DNA of 57,222 nucleotides from a virus (Duplodnaviria; Caudoviricetes): IMG/VR virus record IMGVR_UViG_3300037307_000076, positions 1 to 57,222 of that record; one strand, 5' to 3'. Shown piece by piece: positions 21,636 to 31,518 of this stretch (position 1 is its first letter; each line of letters starts with the position of its first letter). The notes under the pieces were generated by a model. It saw only the letters and a program-made list of their open reading frames with translations, ran no database searches and was not told where the DNA came from. The position numbers and the translations under genes were made by a program.

Positions 21636-23249
21636 TTATACTTCAAGCGTAACGCTTTTCTCAATCTTGTTCGTCCAGAAGTTGGCGTTTCCACCCTGCT
21701 CCAGGAAGGACTGGATTACTCCATAAACAGCGTCGTTGAATCCACCGACATTGAGCACGTCCGCTTCATTCATGTTCTGAGTCGTGGTGTTAGGAGTAAG
21801 GTCAATACACACCATCTTGGCACCGGGGTTGCTCTTTTTAAACATCGACCAAGCCGCAGCCGTCTCTGTTCCGAAATCTCTACCGATGTAGGAGTAGCGA
21901 TCTCCCTTGGTACTGAACCAGCTCTCATTATCGCTAACGTAGATGATCAAGTCACCCTTCTGCTTCTCATTAACCAGCTTCTGTAATGGCAACTGGATTG
22001 CCGTGCCACCACCACCAAACTTGGCAATAGTGTGAGCGTTCTCCATCACACTAGCCTCTGACTTTAGCTTGTTTGGATATATCTTAGTGTCAAACATGAC
22101 CACCTGAGTGTTCGTTGGGTTAGTACGAAGCAATGAGCTAGCGATCAGAGCCGCCACGTCTACACAACGCATCTTAGTCGTGCTACCTACACGATGACCA
22201 GTAATCGGATTGGTCATAGAGCCACTGACGTCAACAAAGATATACGTCTTACCATCGAACACGGGAACCGTTTGTAGGCTGTAATCTAGTGCCTTCTCAA
22301 GAGCCTCACGGATCGGCACAGGTACGTTCGTCGCATTCAGCCAAGTAGTGAAAATCTGGTATGGAAATACCTTAGCCTTCAAAATTTGACGGGTGTCTTG
22401 TAGCTTGTCGGCGATGGTGTAAACCATTTCTGGGTCATTGAAAAGACCCTTACGCTCGAAGGTGTTGAGGTTCATTCGAGTCATGTGCCAACCTGCATTG
22501 CGAGCAATATCCTTCCAGTTGTCAGTCGAAAGTTCGCAGGAAGTTAAAAGCTCGAATGGTACGTTTGGTATCTCCTTGCTATCACCCGAACGGAATGCCA
22601 TCAAATCCTTGATAGTTTGTGGTAGATAGCCGAAAGACTCAGAGTCTGTCTTGCCATTCAAAATCCACTGGAACAGTGCACTCTGACCTAGGTTAATAGG
22701 AGTTGGATGTACCATCTTGATGATGTCGGCCAGAGAGGGGGTGTTGCCTACACTCGCGTAAATCAGCTGATCGACCGAAGATCTAGTGATCCAGTTCTTC
22801 ACCATAGTCTTCGGAGCAGTACCCAGAGACCTACGACCAACGGCACCGGAACGCATGATCTGCACGAAGTTGCGAAGCATCTTACCGTTGTCAATCACCT
22901 GCTCAAAAGCGGTCTTGAAGATCTCAGATCCGTATTTGGACAGCCATGCCACCAGATACGCCGGAGTATCTTTCATAAATCCTTGCTTGCGTGCATGGAT
23001 AGCCAGCTTGGCGATAAAAGCAGCCTCGTCAGGACCGAGCTTGTTGAGCAGGCGCTTCACGTTATTGATCTGGTTTTCAGCCGAAGTGTAGAACGTATTG
23101 TTGAAAGTACCGGTCATCACCAATTGCGCTAGAGCCTCCTTGTCGGAAAGCGAATACGCCAAACCACCCGCGTTATTCACAGTATTGGCTGGTGCAGGAG
23201 CGTTATAGCGATTAGTACGAAAGACATTCGGATTAACCACAATATTCAC
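21636..23249 (-). CDS. Ro60/Rsr TROVE-vWA RNA-binding protein
   Basis: NNAGGLAY, TGTFNNTFY, MLRNFVQIMRSG, MTRMNL, VFPYQ, vWA MIDAS VDVSGSM, SDNESW, VGGFND. Confidence 0.92.
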   Translation of the reverse strand: MNIVVNPNVFRTNRYNAPAPANTVNNAGGLAYSLSDKEALAQLVMTGTFNNTFYTSAENQINNVKRLLNKLGPDEAAFIAKLAIHARKQGFMKDTPAYLVAWLSKYGSEIFKTAFEQVIDNGKMLRNFVQIMRSGAVGRRSLGTAPKTMVKNWITRSSVDQLIYASVGNTPSLADIIKMVHPTPINLGQSALFQWILNGKTDSESFGYLPQTIKDLMAFRSGDSKEIPNVPFELLTSCELSTDNWKDIARNAGWHMTRMNLNTFERKGLFNDPEMVYTIADKLQDTRQILKAKVFPYQIFTTWLNATNVPVPIREALEKALDYSLQTVPVFDGKTYIFVDVSGSMTNPITGHRVGSTTKMRCVDVAALIASSLLRTNPTNTQVVMFDTKIYPNKLKSEASVMENAHTIAKFGGGGTAIQLPLQKLVNEKQKGDLIIYVSDNESWFSTKGDRYSYIGRDFGTETAAAWSMFKKSNPGAKMVCIDLTPNTTTQNMNEADVLNVGGFNDAVYGVIQSFLEQGGNANFWTNKIEKSVTLEV

Positions 23250-23269
23250 CTCTTATATAAGAGTAAAGT

Positions 23270-23644
23270 TTAGTAAAGTTTCAATGTTCCGATAAGCGGA
23301 TCAAGTGCAGAACTATCTTCGGGACCGATAGCGACGGCAGTAATGGTCGGAACACCGTTAAATTCTGTGGCACCGGAATCTATAATGAGATGGGATTGAA
23401 TGCCACCGTTTTCAGCTAAAGCATGAACTTTTAACAATGCCATCAAATCCGGAACCTGTAAGACAACTTTGGTGAACTGACCTGTTATCCAAGCCAGTTC
23501 TGTTTGAGTGAGTGGACGAATGAATTGTCCTTCTTCATTGATGATACTCGTTAAAAAAGCCATTGAGGCGTGAGCCCCTTGGGCAATCTCCTTGCCGCGA
23601 CGCATCTTTAGATCTCGGCGAATAATGATGAGTTGTTTAATCAT
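23270..23644 (-). CDS. pth2: Peptidyl-tRNA hydrolase, Pth2 family
   Basis: KQLIIIRRDLKMRRGKEIAQGAHAS, KVVLQV, IDSGATE, TAVAIGP, LKLY. Confidence 0.92.
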   Translation of the reverse strand: MIKQLIIIRRDLKMRRGKEIAQGAHASMAFLTSIINEEGQFIRPLTQTELAWITGQFTKVVLQVPDLMALLKVHALAENGGIQSHLIIDSGATEFNGVPTITAVAIGPEDSSALDPLIGTLKLY

Positions 23645-23825
23645 AGTTGATCCACTTTAGTCAAGTACCGCTTTCAGCGGTATGAGAGGGATTCCAATGC
23701 AGCGTAAGACAAACATAGCATCGGCATTCAGTTTCGCTTGAAAAGCATTAACCACCGCAAGGTTATTGACGATCCAACGGTAACTACCACAGTCAACTGC
23801 ACCACACAGTTTCATTTTGAATGTC

Positions 23826-24164
23826 TCACAAGTCGATGTGGAAATATTCTTTCCACGCCCAACGCTTCAAAGTCAGCGGGAGTTCTGATTTAACATTCCC
23901 ACCCTTATGAAAAGTACGGTCCGTTGTGACGGTAATGGCACCCTTAGAGCCCAGCCAAACATAACGGACGCAATCAACCACCATCGACTGAGTCCCTAAG
24001 TCTTTGCCAAGCCAGTCATAAACATGCCGCGTCTCTACCTGCTCTTCCTTGACTTGCCAGCAATGGCGTTCATCTTCGACGGGGACTCGCACGGCTTGGA
24101 ATTGGGAGGACAGGCAATTTTCGTATACATCACGGAGACGGAAATTGGAGTGAGTTTTCATCAT
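23826..24164 (-). CDS. Hypothetical early protein
   Basis: 112-aa ORF in the operon behind the promoter at 24524-24552. Confidence 0.6.
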   Translation of the reverse strand: MMKTHSNFRLRDVYENCLSSQFQAVRVPVEDERHCWQVKEEQVETRHVYDWLGKDLGTQSMVVDCVRYVWLGSKGAITVTTDRTFHKGGNVKSELPLTLKRWAWKEYFHIDL

Positions 24165-24482
24165 TTAACCTTTCACAAAGTTCAGAGTTACAGGGGCTTC
24201 GAGAATTTCCACATCTTTGAATTCGACGGATGTGGCACACCGGTTAGAGACGGACCACACCGTCATAAACAAGCGCGTCACATTGTCCATCCCGGTGACC
24301 TTGCGGATCTCAGGGCGGGCTATAGACAGTTCGTCCTTAACGAACGCTTTACCCAGTTTGGTCTTGATGTGCTTGCAAACTCGCACTTCAATCCAGGCAT
24401 CAAAATAGCCTGTATACTGTGGATAACAGGCCATCTGGCTGATAGCCAGATTGAGAGTTTGAGCTTTAGTATAAGTAGACAT
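24165..24482 (-). CDS. Hypothetical early protein
   Basis: First ORF after a sigma70 promoter; GAGG RBS. Confidence 0.65.
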   Translation of the reverse strand: MSTYTKAQTLNLAISQMACYPQYTGYFDAWIEVRVCKHIKTKLGKAFVKDELSIARPEIRKVTGMDNVTRLFMTVWSVSNRCATSVEFKDVEILEAPVTLNFVKG

Positions 24483-24523
24483 TTGCTTGCCTCATGACTT
24501 AGATTTGCTTACGTTGTGATCAT

Positions 24524-24552
24524 AGTATAGCAAGCCAAAAACTGGACGTCAA
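24524..24552 (-). promoter_or_regulatory. sigma70-type early promoter with A-rich UP element
   Basis: TTGACG-17-TATACT; flanks nearly identical to the promoter at 42178-42206. Confidence 0.8.
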
Positions 24553-24606
24553 GCCTTTTTTTCAAAAATTTTGAAAAATTTTTCCTCAGAAATGTGACAA
24601 AGTCAC

Positions 24607-24915
24607 TTAGTAACGTGGATAATGCGGTTGGTACCAGCAGTCGCGCCAATCACACCACCAACTAGGTTTATGCGGGTGTTGCCAAACCGTTGGACCGGGG
24701 TGCCTACGATGGTACTTGCTGTAAGGATACTTTCGATAGCCGTAGTCATTACCCCTATAGTGATACTTTCGATAGCCGTAGTCATTATCCCTATAGTGAT
24801 GCTCTGTTTGAGGATAAACATCTCTATAGTTGGGATGATTATTGTATTGCGCGAATGCTGTTAGCGATGTGACCCCTAGGGCAATCGCAAACAAACGTAG
24901 CAGTAGTGATTTCAT
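24607..24915 (-). CDS. Secreted Tyr/His/Arg-rich small protein
   Basis: Signal peptide ending AFA; 36-bp duplication at 24727-24800 (YRxNDYGYRKY). Confidence 0.6.
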   Translation of the reverse strand: MKSLLLRLFAIALGVTSLTAFAQYNNHPNYRDVYPQTEHHYRDNDYGYRKYHYRGNDYGYRKYPYSKYHRRHPGPTVWQHPHKPSWWCDWRDCWYQPHYPRY

Positions 24916-24916
24916 A

Positions 24917-25489
24917 TCATTTCCTCATTACGTAATGAGCCATAACCTTCTCGTCAGACACAAGACAGCAGATAGGGCATCCTAGCTCTTTCTCTATCTC
25001 AGCCTGAACCTTAAGGGTGGCACGCCTAACAACGACTATGGCTGATTCGATTGTCGCTCCGGTAGACTTGACAAATCTAGCCATCTCCAAAAGACTTTGC
25101 CCTGTTGTAAGAACATCATCGACTAGAACAACACTATCGCCTGGTCCAGGACAGTAACCTACAACAAGTCCTTCCTCTCCGTGATCTTTCTTTTCCTTCC
25201 TAAGGAAGCCCATCCTGAATGTAATGTTAGGAAAGTCTAACCCACATTCAGAAAGCATAGCAGCAGTTATTATGATCCCTTTGTATGCTGAAGTGAACAG
25301 AACGGTATAGGTATCTCCATAAATGTTACCAACCATATGTGTCGCAAGTTGCGCAAGACTCTGCGCCGAGTTCAGCACACTAAAATTGTAAAAATGATCA
25401 GACATCTCTCCCGACTTGAGTCGGAATTCTGTTCCGACCGTTAAGACCTTATTGTTGAGGATGAGCTCGATCAATTCTTTCTCTGTCAT
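24917..25489 (-). CDS. pyrE: Orotate phosphoribosyltransferase
   Basis: EFRLKSG, AYKGI, RKEKKDHGEEG, VLVDDVLTTG. Confidence 0.85.
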   Translation of the reverse strand: MTEKELIELILNNKVLTVGTEFRLKSGEMSDHFYNFSVLNSAQSLAQLATHMVGNIYGDTYTVLFTSAYKGIIITAAMLSECGLDFPNITFRMGFLRKEKKDHGEEGLVVGYCPGPGDSVVLVDDVLTTGQSLLEMARFVKSTGATIESAIVVVRRATLKVQAEIEKELGCPICCLVSDEKVMAHYVMRK

Positions 25490-25501
25490 ACCATCTCTCC
25501 T

Positions 25502-26929
25502 CTATTGGTAGTCATCCGAATCGCCCATGTCAATTCCTGTCAGTCTACCTCGTGACCTCTTGTTAAAACGGTTTTCAAATTTCTCTTGAACACGCTTACT
25601 GTCCACGTGTGCCACAGACTCCGATAGCGTTTGTTGGCTTTCTGCAACATCGAATAGCAACTGCTGGTCAAATTCGCTACCAAGGATGAAACGAGGACGA
25701 TAGCTCATATTCCTAAAGCGATTCTTCAATTGCTTGTAACGAATCTGTCCGACTGCATCCATCTCTTCGTTTCTGGATGCAGCAAGCATGAAGTCGCACA
25801 CGCCAGGAATACCTATACTCTCTGCAATATCCGTCATCTCTACATCGCTACTGCTCATACCTGAGCGAGTAAGCTGCATTGCACTCCACACCGCGATATC
25901 TAACTCGATTGCCATTGCCCTAAGTTCTTCTGCCACGCTCTTCAAGTAGAAATGGCTATTGGTAGATCCTGCTTTGATTCGACTCGATGCCACAATGCCT
26001 ACATAGTCTACCATGACAACATCAGGTACCCAGTGCATCTTGAGTTTGAGTTCGCTTAAAGCCATCCTAAAGTGACCCGCATGAGCTAAACTGGTTGGAT
26101 ACTGGATAACTTTAATTTTACCATAGCTCTTCTGCCTAAGATGTTGGAGTCTATTCATAAACTTCTGTTTTCCCAGCTCTTTAATCTTGTGCATGGGTAC
26201 TTTAAGCATGTTGGCATCAATTCGGTGCATAATCTCATCCTCACCCATCTCCATAGAAAGATATAGCACGTTGTAACCCAATCGAGCATAGCCTGCTGCA
26301 AAGTGAACCATACTCATCGTCTTGCCAACATGGACTCCTGCAAGTACAATAGACAACGTTTTCTTAGTCACTCCACCGAATGTGATGTCGTTAAGAGTAT
26401 CTAAATCGAACGCTAACTTGTTCTCTGGGCTCTCATATCGTTCATAACGAGTTTCAGCATCATCTATCCAGTCACTACCAATCCTTGTCTCGAAACTAAT
26501 AGCCAGTGCATCCTTAATCATATCGGGGATAGAGTGAGATGTCATCGTCTTGTCAGTGCCATCGTAGATAGAGATGGCTTTGATTATAGACAGATACATC
26601 GCTCTGTCTCGACACCATTGCTCTGTCTGCTCTAGCAGCCATTTCACATCCGATAATGGCTCACTTTCAAAGATTCCTGATATGGTTGATTTAGCCTCTT
26701 CAGCATCATTATCGTTGAGCTTATCATTCTCCTTAATTTCGACGAGCATAATGTTTTTATGCGGTAGGCTGCTCGTCTTTCTAAAGTAGTCGTCAATTAT
26801 GGTAGAAATAGCAGCATCCGCTTTACTCTCGAAATACTCTTCCTTAATGTAAGGCAACGCTTGTCGGGTAAAGGGCTCATTGGTTGCTAAGTTTTGGAGA
26901 ACTAGTTTCTCAATCGAAATGTCAAGCAT
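25502..26929 (-). CDS. 41: Replicative helicase gp41
   Basis: AGVHVGKT, YLSMEM, VDYVGI, AEELR, DIAESIG, KQLKNRF. Confidence 0.95.
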   Translation of the reverse strand: MLDISIEKLVLQNLATNEPFTRQALPYIKEEYFESKADAAISTIIDDYFRKTSSLPHKNIMLVEIKENDKLNDNDAEEAKSTISGIFESEPLSDVKWLLEQTEQWCRDRAMYLSIIKAISIYDGTDKTMTSHSIPDMIKDALAISFETRIGSDWIDDAETRYERYESPENKLAFDLDTLNDITFGGVTKKTLSIVLAGVHVGKTMSMVHFAAGYARLGYNVLYLSMEMGEDEIMHRIDANMLKVPMHKIKELGKQKFMNRLQHLRQKSYGKIKVIQYPTSLAHAGHFRMALSELKLKMHWVPDVVMVDYVGIVASSRIKAGSTNSHFYLKSVAEELRAMAIELDIAVWSAMQLTRSGMSSSDVEMTDIAESIGIPGVCDFMLAASRNEEMDAVGQIRYKQLKNRFRNMSYRPRFILGSEFDQQLLFDVAESQQTLSESVAHVDSKRVQEKFENRFNKRSRGRLTGIDMGDSDDYQ

Positions 26930-26930
26930 G

Positions 26931-27827
26931 TTATGTTCCAATCTTGTTGCCGAAGACTGAGATATGGACCCTATGACTGATATTAAACCCACGCTTCAAA
27001 GCTTCTGTTGCGATGCGGCCTAAGTAGTCTGTGTCCTGACTCTCTAACGTACTACCGACGGGCATGATCCAAAAAGACCAGTCCTTATCATCCACCATAT
27101 AACCTAAATGCGAGATAACCTCATCGAGTTCATCCCATGCTCTCTGAGTGCCATTGTGTACGAACTTGAGTGCTCCTGAGTCACATTGATTATAATACTG
27201 CTGAATCACATCATAGTTAATGCCATTCTTTTCTCCACTCACAGAGTAAAGCTTAGGGCTACAACTGAAGTGAAAATGCTGAGTCAAAAGTCTTATATTG
27301 AGTTCCTTTATTGGCTTAGTTGCATTAGTCTCTATGGTAATTTGCGGAGGACACGCTTCCCTAGCATACAGCTCTTCACAGATACAATTTATCGCAGTCT
27401 GCTGGAGCATCGGCTCACCACCCGTAAAGCAGAGCTGGGCGGGTGTTCTAGTTACTGGGTGACACCAAGCGTCTCTGCCACCGCCATTAGAGATCTTCAT
27501 ACCTAAGTCACTTTCGCCTAAGCGGATCAGCTCATCGACTATTTGCTGCTCAGTGAGGTCCTTGGCGAGCCCCTTGAACTTTGCTTCCCACGAGTAACTT
27601 GAATCGCAACCGTATGAAAACACGGGCAAGTCGGTCATTTTGCTATACTGTTTAACATCTAAGTCTTTATACGGCAAGATGTAAGATGCTGAGTTAGTAG
27701 GGTCCTTCTGCCCAAACCCATCGCATCTTAGATTACAACCAAAAAAGCGCGACCACAAGGTGGGCATTCCTGTAAACCTGCCTTCTCCTTGAAAACTCGC
27801 AAAAATTTCAGATATTCTTATCTTCAT
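26931..27827 (-). CDS. queE: 7-carboxy-7-deazaguanine synthase (radical SAM)
   Basis: SEIFASFQGEG, RFFGCNLRC, CDS, FTGGEPM, IETN, CSPK, HRVH. Confidence 0.88.
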   Translation of the reverse strand: MKIRISEIFASFQGEGRFTGMPTLWSRFFGCNLRCDGFGQKDPTNSASYILPYKDLDVKQYSKMTDLPVFSYGCDSSYSWEAKFKGLAKDLTEQQIVDELIRLGESDLGMKISNGGGRDAWCHPVTRTPAQLCFTGGEPMLQQTAINCICEELYAREACPPQITIETNATKPIKELNIRLLTQHFHFSCSPKLYSVSGEKNGINYDVIQQYYNQCDSGALKFVHNGTQRAWDELDEVISHLGYMVDDKDWSFWIMPVGSTLESQDTDYLGRIATEALKRGFNISHRVHISVFGNKIGT

Positions 27828-27890
27828 TGTTTCTCTCTCTACGATCTATGGTAGCACCTTCAAACCAAGATGGACTCATAACGTCTCCTA

Positions 27891-29192
27891 TTAGAAAAAG
27901 TCTTCGAGACTTTTTCCTTTTCTCGTGATTCGTTGGGATGGAATAGCATAGGCGTATTGCGCCTTCCACTTGTTGAAGTCATCGACGGTCTTAACAGACT
28001 TCAGCATTCCGATAGGACTAACATCTTTGTTCCATTTCAAATTCATATCGTACAGGGACTGAGTAAACTCCTTCATCTGGAAGATGTTGGATAGACACCT
28101 GATGCCGTGCATCGCAAGTCTGAGACGATTATTCTCGTCTTTGATATAGATCTTTTTATGACAGAGCATGTCTGCCACTATATGTGGGTAGTACTCATCC
28201 AGCTCTGCTTGAGTAAAGCCATAATTCTTAAGAATCATTCCACTCTTATTATAGTAATACTTAAAAGTGTCCTCCCATAACGGTGAAGACTTGATAGCCC
28301 TGCCAATAGTGTCTTGGAATGTCCCATAGACATACGACATGCTCAATGTCGCTGAATCGTAAGACACATGAACTTCAGGACCAATGAACCCTGTGTTTCT
28401 GAGGATCACTAACGGGTAAAGCCTACTGATAGAACCCACTCCTAAGATGTGGAGATGGTTCTTAACATAGTGTGGATCGAACTCCTCCTTAAGGCAACCG
28501 AAAGCAATCAGCTTCTCGATATCTTCCAACTGTCCTGTGCCCATACATGCGCCTCCAATGGCTATGCCTTGGATCTTTTCCCAGTAGTCCCAAGGAATTA
28601 CATCAGTCGCAATCTTAAACCACAACAACATGTCGTCCAGCGTATTGCCTTGAACAATGAAGAGGACTTTCGTCTTACAGTTGAGCTTAATAAATGTCTC
28701 GATTTGCTCTTTTACATTCTCAGCAGTCTCAATCGCACACTTCTCGAAGTCTTCAAAGTGGAATGTCTTGTTGAAAGATCTTGTCTTGTGCCTTACGTTT
28801 TCTGCCCTGACAGGAATATGATCAAAGCACATGGCTAAATCAGTTTTGGATTGAACTTCATATACTTGCCTTTTGAGTTCAGGTGTAATTGACATTCCTC
28901 GAGTAATGATTTGCAAACCGCCTGAATCTGAATAAATATTATCAAACCCATAGCCATTGCCTAAAGCAATTCTTTGTCCAAACTTCTTTTCCGTGAATGC
29001 GTTAAACAACAGGCTCACGTTCATAGGATAATCAATTTCCTTTATCTCATTCTTGATGAAAAGGACGCCAGCCGTAATGATATCGTTAATAAGTTTAAAC
29101 AGATAAGGATCCGTTCGAATTACCCCACACGGCAGGATACCCAGAAACGATGGTGCGCTAAATACGTATTCGGATGTCTGTTTGTTTTTCAT
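27891..29192 (-). CDS. dpdA: TGT-like DNA deazaguanine transglycosylase (DpdA/DpdA2-like)
   Basis: DSGGLQ, MCFDHIP, IVQG, HLHILGVGS, SYDS; lies between queE and folE. Confidence 0.75.
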   Translation of the reverse strand: MKNKQTSEYVFSAPSFLGILPCGVIRTDPYLFKLINDIITAGVLFIKNEIKEIDYPMNVSLLFNAFTEKKFGQRIALGNGYGFDNIYSDSGGLQIITRGMSITPELKRQVYEVQSKTDLAMCFDHIPVRAENVRHKTRSFNKTFHFEDFEKCAIETAENVKEQIETFIKLNCKTKVLFIVQGNTLDDMLLWFKIATDVIPWDYWEKIQGIAIGGACMGTGQLEDIEKLIAFGCLKEEFDPHYVKNHLHILGVGSISRLYPLVILRNTGFIGPEVHVSYDSATLSMSYVYGTFQDTIGRAIKSSPLWEDTFKYYYNKSGMILKNYGFTQAELDEYYPHIVADMLCHKKIYIKDENNRLRLAMHGIRCLSNIFQMKEFTQSLYDMNLKWNKDVSPIGMLKSVKTVDDFNKWKAQYAYAIPSQRITRKGKSLEDFF

Positions 29193-29269
29193 AGAAAAAC
29201 CCTCGTCAGTTCATTACACGCCCCAGCGTATTCTTTAATAATGCAATTTATAATAGGAACAATAATCAT

Positions 29270-29420
29270 AAATACTCCTTATACTTATTTCATCGGATGG
29301 AAATCCTTGATAGATGATACTATTAGTGCGCGTTATGTTCGTAACGGTCATCCCGACAATCTATAGACCAAATATTTCACATCAAGCAGAATAGTCCAAG
29401 ACTATCGAGATAGGATCGTA
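29270..29420 (+). pseudogene. Relic of GIY-YIG-like homing endonuclease
   Basis: PYTYFIGW...GHPDNL*TKYFTSS matches the N-terminus of 835..1545. Confidence 0.65.
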
Positions 29421-29580
29421 GAAGTACAACAGACTTTCAATGATTCGCCACAAACGAAAAATGGGAAAGGAAACTGAACGCTACTGTTTCCAAAAAGATA
29501 GAACACCCAAAAACAAAAGGGTCAAAAGTGTATAATGATGGCACTTACTAATACCACTTCCAACCTGATATATCATGCGC

Positions 29581-30261
29581 TTAACTATAAGTAAATCCCT
29601 GTGCTTTGATTAGATTGAAAAACTCAGCCTTGAGAGCGGGGTCATCTCTAAGACCGCCGCGCATAACGCTTGACACCATTTCTGTCTGCTCTTCTTCCAC
29701 TCCACGCCAGGTCATACAGTGATGCTTGGCTTTAATGACCACACCTAAACCCTGTGGCGCCATAATCTTCTCTAATTCGTCTGCTAGGATAATCACCATC
29801 TCTTCCTGGATATGCGGGCGTCGGCATACCCAATCAACGATTCGGGCAATCTTGCTAATGCCCACCACGCTTGTACCTGGATAGACACCAACCCAACACT
29901 GTCCTTCAATCTCGACGAAATGATGACTGCACACGCTCTTCACACTGATAGGACCCAATGAGTAGAGCTCATCGAAATGCTTAGCGTTGGGGAAGACGGT
30001 AATCGTTGGACGCTTTAGATATCGTCCTTTGAACACTTCGTCAACATACATCTTAGCCACTCGACGAGCGGTGCCCTTAGTGTTGTGATCGTTATCCACA
30101 TCGATGACGAGACTAGAAAGCAATGTGTGAACATTCGCTTCGACTTCTGTTTTGAGCTCATCAAGTTCTCCATGAATTAACCAATCAGAGATATTGTCGT
30201 TTGCAAAGAAAGGGATGTTGTTTCGTCTCAGTCTTTCTATGATTTTCTCAGATACCTTCAT
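29581..30261 (-). CDS. folE: GTP cyclohydrolase I
   Basis: TARRVAKMY, SVCSHHF, GISKIAR, RRPHIQE, HHCMTWRG. Confidence 0.95.
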   Translation of the reverse strand: MKVSEKIIERLRRNNIPFFANDNISDWLIHGELDELKTEVEANVHTLLSSLVIDVDNDHNTKGTARRVAKMYVDEVFKGRYLKRPTITVFPNAKHFDELYSLGPISVKSVCSHHFVEIEGQCWVGVYPGTSVVGISKIARIVDWVCRRPHIQEEMVIILADELEKIMAPQGLGVVIKAKHHCMTWRGVEEEQTEMVSSVMRGGLRDDPALKAEFFNLIKAQGFTYS

Positions 30262-30628
30262 GGCATTCTCCTGTACAAGAATTAGTACACCCTGTCGAAG
30301 TATACTGTTCCTGCATTGATTTGTCAAGTCCCGATTGTATGGCGGACATGATATTTTCCATGACTACATTCAGCAATTGATGTCCAAAGTCTCGGATTGC
30401 TTCCTGTCTTTCTGGTGTGATGACATCGGGCACTTGAGTACTGGCAAAGTCTACGTTGAGATCATAACTAACCCCAATTCCATCCTCAGCGAATTCCAAA
30501 CTAATATTGTAGAAATTGAATATTAGTCCGAAGAAAGAATACTCTCCTTTAGGTAGTATAGTAATCCTAAACTTCCCATCATCCATTCCTGCGTCGACTA
30601 CTTCGAGATCTAGGTTATAAGTGCTCAT
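30248..30628 (-). CDS. Hypothetical protein (possibly gp40-like chaperone)
   Basis: Size and position between uvsX and 41; only weak sequence resemblance. Confidence 0.45.
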   Translation of the reverse strand: MSTYNLDLEVVDAGMDDGKFRITILPKGEYSFFGLIFNFYNISLEFAEDGIGVSYDLNVDFASTQVPDVITPERQEAIRDFGHQLLNVVMENIMSAIQSGLDKSMQEQYTSTGCTNSCTGECHEGI

Positions 30629-30631
30629 GGC

Positions 30632-30904
30632 TTACTCCTGAAGTAGACCGAACTTTGAGTCAGCATCAGTAATCTCTACAACGTTCTCGAGATAAAAACT
30701 ACGGAAGGATTTGTCATCGACTGAATAGACCACAACGGGTCCATCCTTAATCTCGCCAATATCTATCATTCCTGGCTTCTGCCACTCTACAGGAATATTT
30801 GCAGTACAACGCATAGTCCTGAGTTCACCCGTACGTTTCTTGATAAAGGTGACCACAAGATCACCCTGGGCTAGTCTTTGTTTAAATTCATTCTTGGTCA
30901 TCAT
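30632..30904 (-). CDS. SH3-barrel (WYL-like) phage protein
   Basis: VTFIKKRTGELRTMRCT...VYSVDDKSFRSF. Confidence 0.65.
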   Translation of the reverse strand: MMTKNEFKQRLAQGDLVVTFIKKRTGELRTMRCTANIPVEWQKPGMIDIGEIKDGPVVVYSVDDKSFRSFYLENVVEITDADSKFGLLQE

Positions 30905-31406
30905 CAATCTCCATAGGTATAGTGGTATCTTCATCTCCACCCACACCGTACCTAAATTCTTTCTGAACATAGGCGTCGATTTGTTGGAGAACATCGGCGG
31001 TGAAAAACTTCTCAGGGTCACGTTCTATTGTTTTGCCAAAGAACTTCTTGCCATCGGGCATCTCATATTTGGTGCTAACCTTCTTGAATACGCCAGCCTT
31101 CTCGGCGATGTCTAACAGTCCGTAGTATCTGTCCAGCCCACCATTAAAACGTATCAGTGTCTTGACCTTGAGTCCCTCTCTAGTCAAGCGGCTCTTGATT
31201 ACCGTGCAGGAGATGATGCTACCTGTATGCTCTTCGCCATCCTTCTCTTTGGCTTTAGTCAGCCCTATTGTCACGCTTGCAGCATACTTGCTACCACTAT
31301 TATGAGAAATTAAGCCATTACTGAGAACGTAATGCTGGGCATCATCAACCTCGATATCGTAAACTTGATGACGACCAATTTTTTCAATCATTACGAGTTG
31401 TTTCAT
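30888..31406 (-). CDS. uvsX: UvsX C-terminal half preceded by 36-aa C-intein
   Basis: MKQLVMIEKIGRHQVYDIEV..NGLISHN|S then GSKYAAS..KSRL..GLDRYYGLL; own AAGGA RBS. Confidence 0.9.
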   Translation of the reverse strand: MKQLVMIEKIGRHQVYDIEVDDAQHYVLSNGLISHNSGSKYAASVTIGLTKAKEKDGEEHTGSIISCTVIKSRLTREGLKVKTLIRFNGGLDRYYGLLDIAEKAGVFKKVSTKYEMPDGKKFFGKTIERDPEKFFTADVLQQIDAYVQKEFRYGVGGDEDTTIPMEIDDDQE

Positions 31407-31518
31407 GTTGTTTCCTTTTTTTTAAGAACAGATAATGAATCCAGCCCGACGGCCTTAAATAGATGTCTTCTTCAGAACCCATTATGACTTATTTTGTTAC
31501 ACAACTTATCAAATACAC

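Noticed and set aside
31407-31518. Frameshifted contiguous intein or group I intron in uvsX
   Set aside because: IntN ends at a normal split point and IntC has its own RBS and ATG; the spacer is too short for a group I intron.
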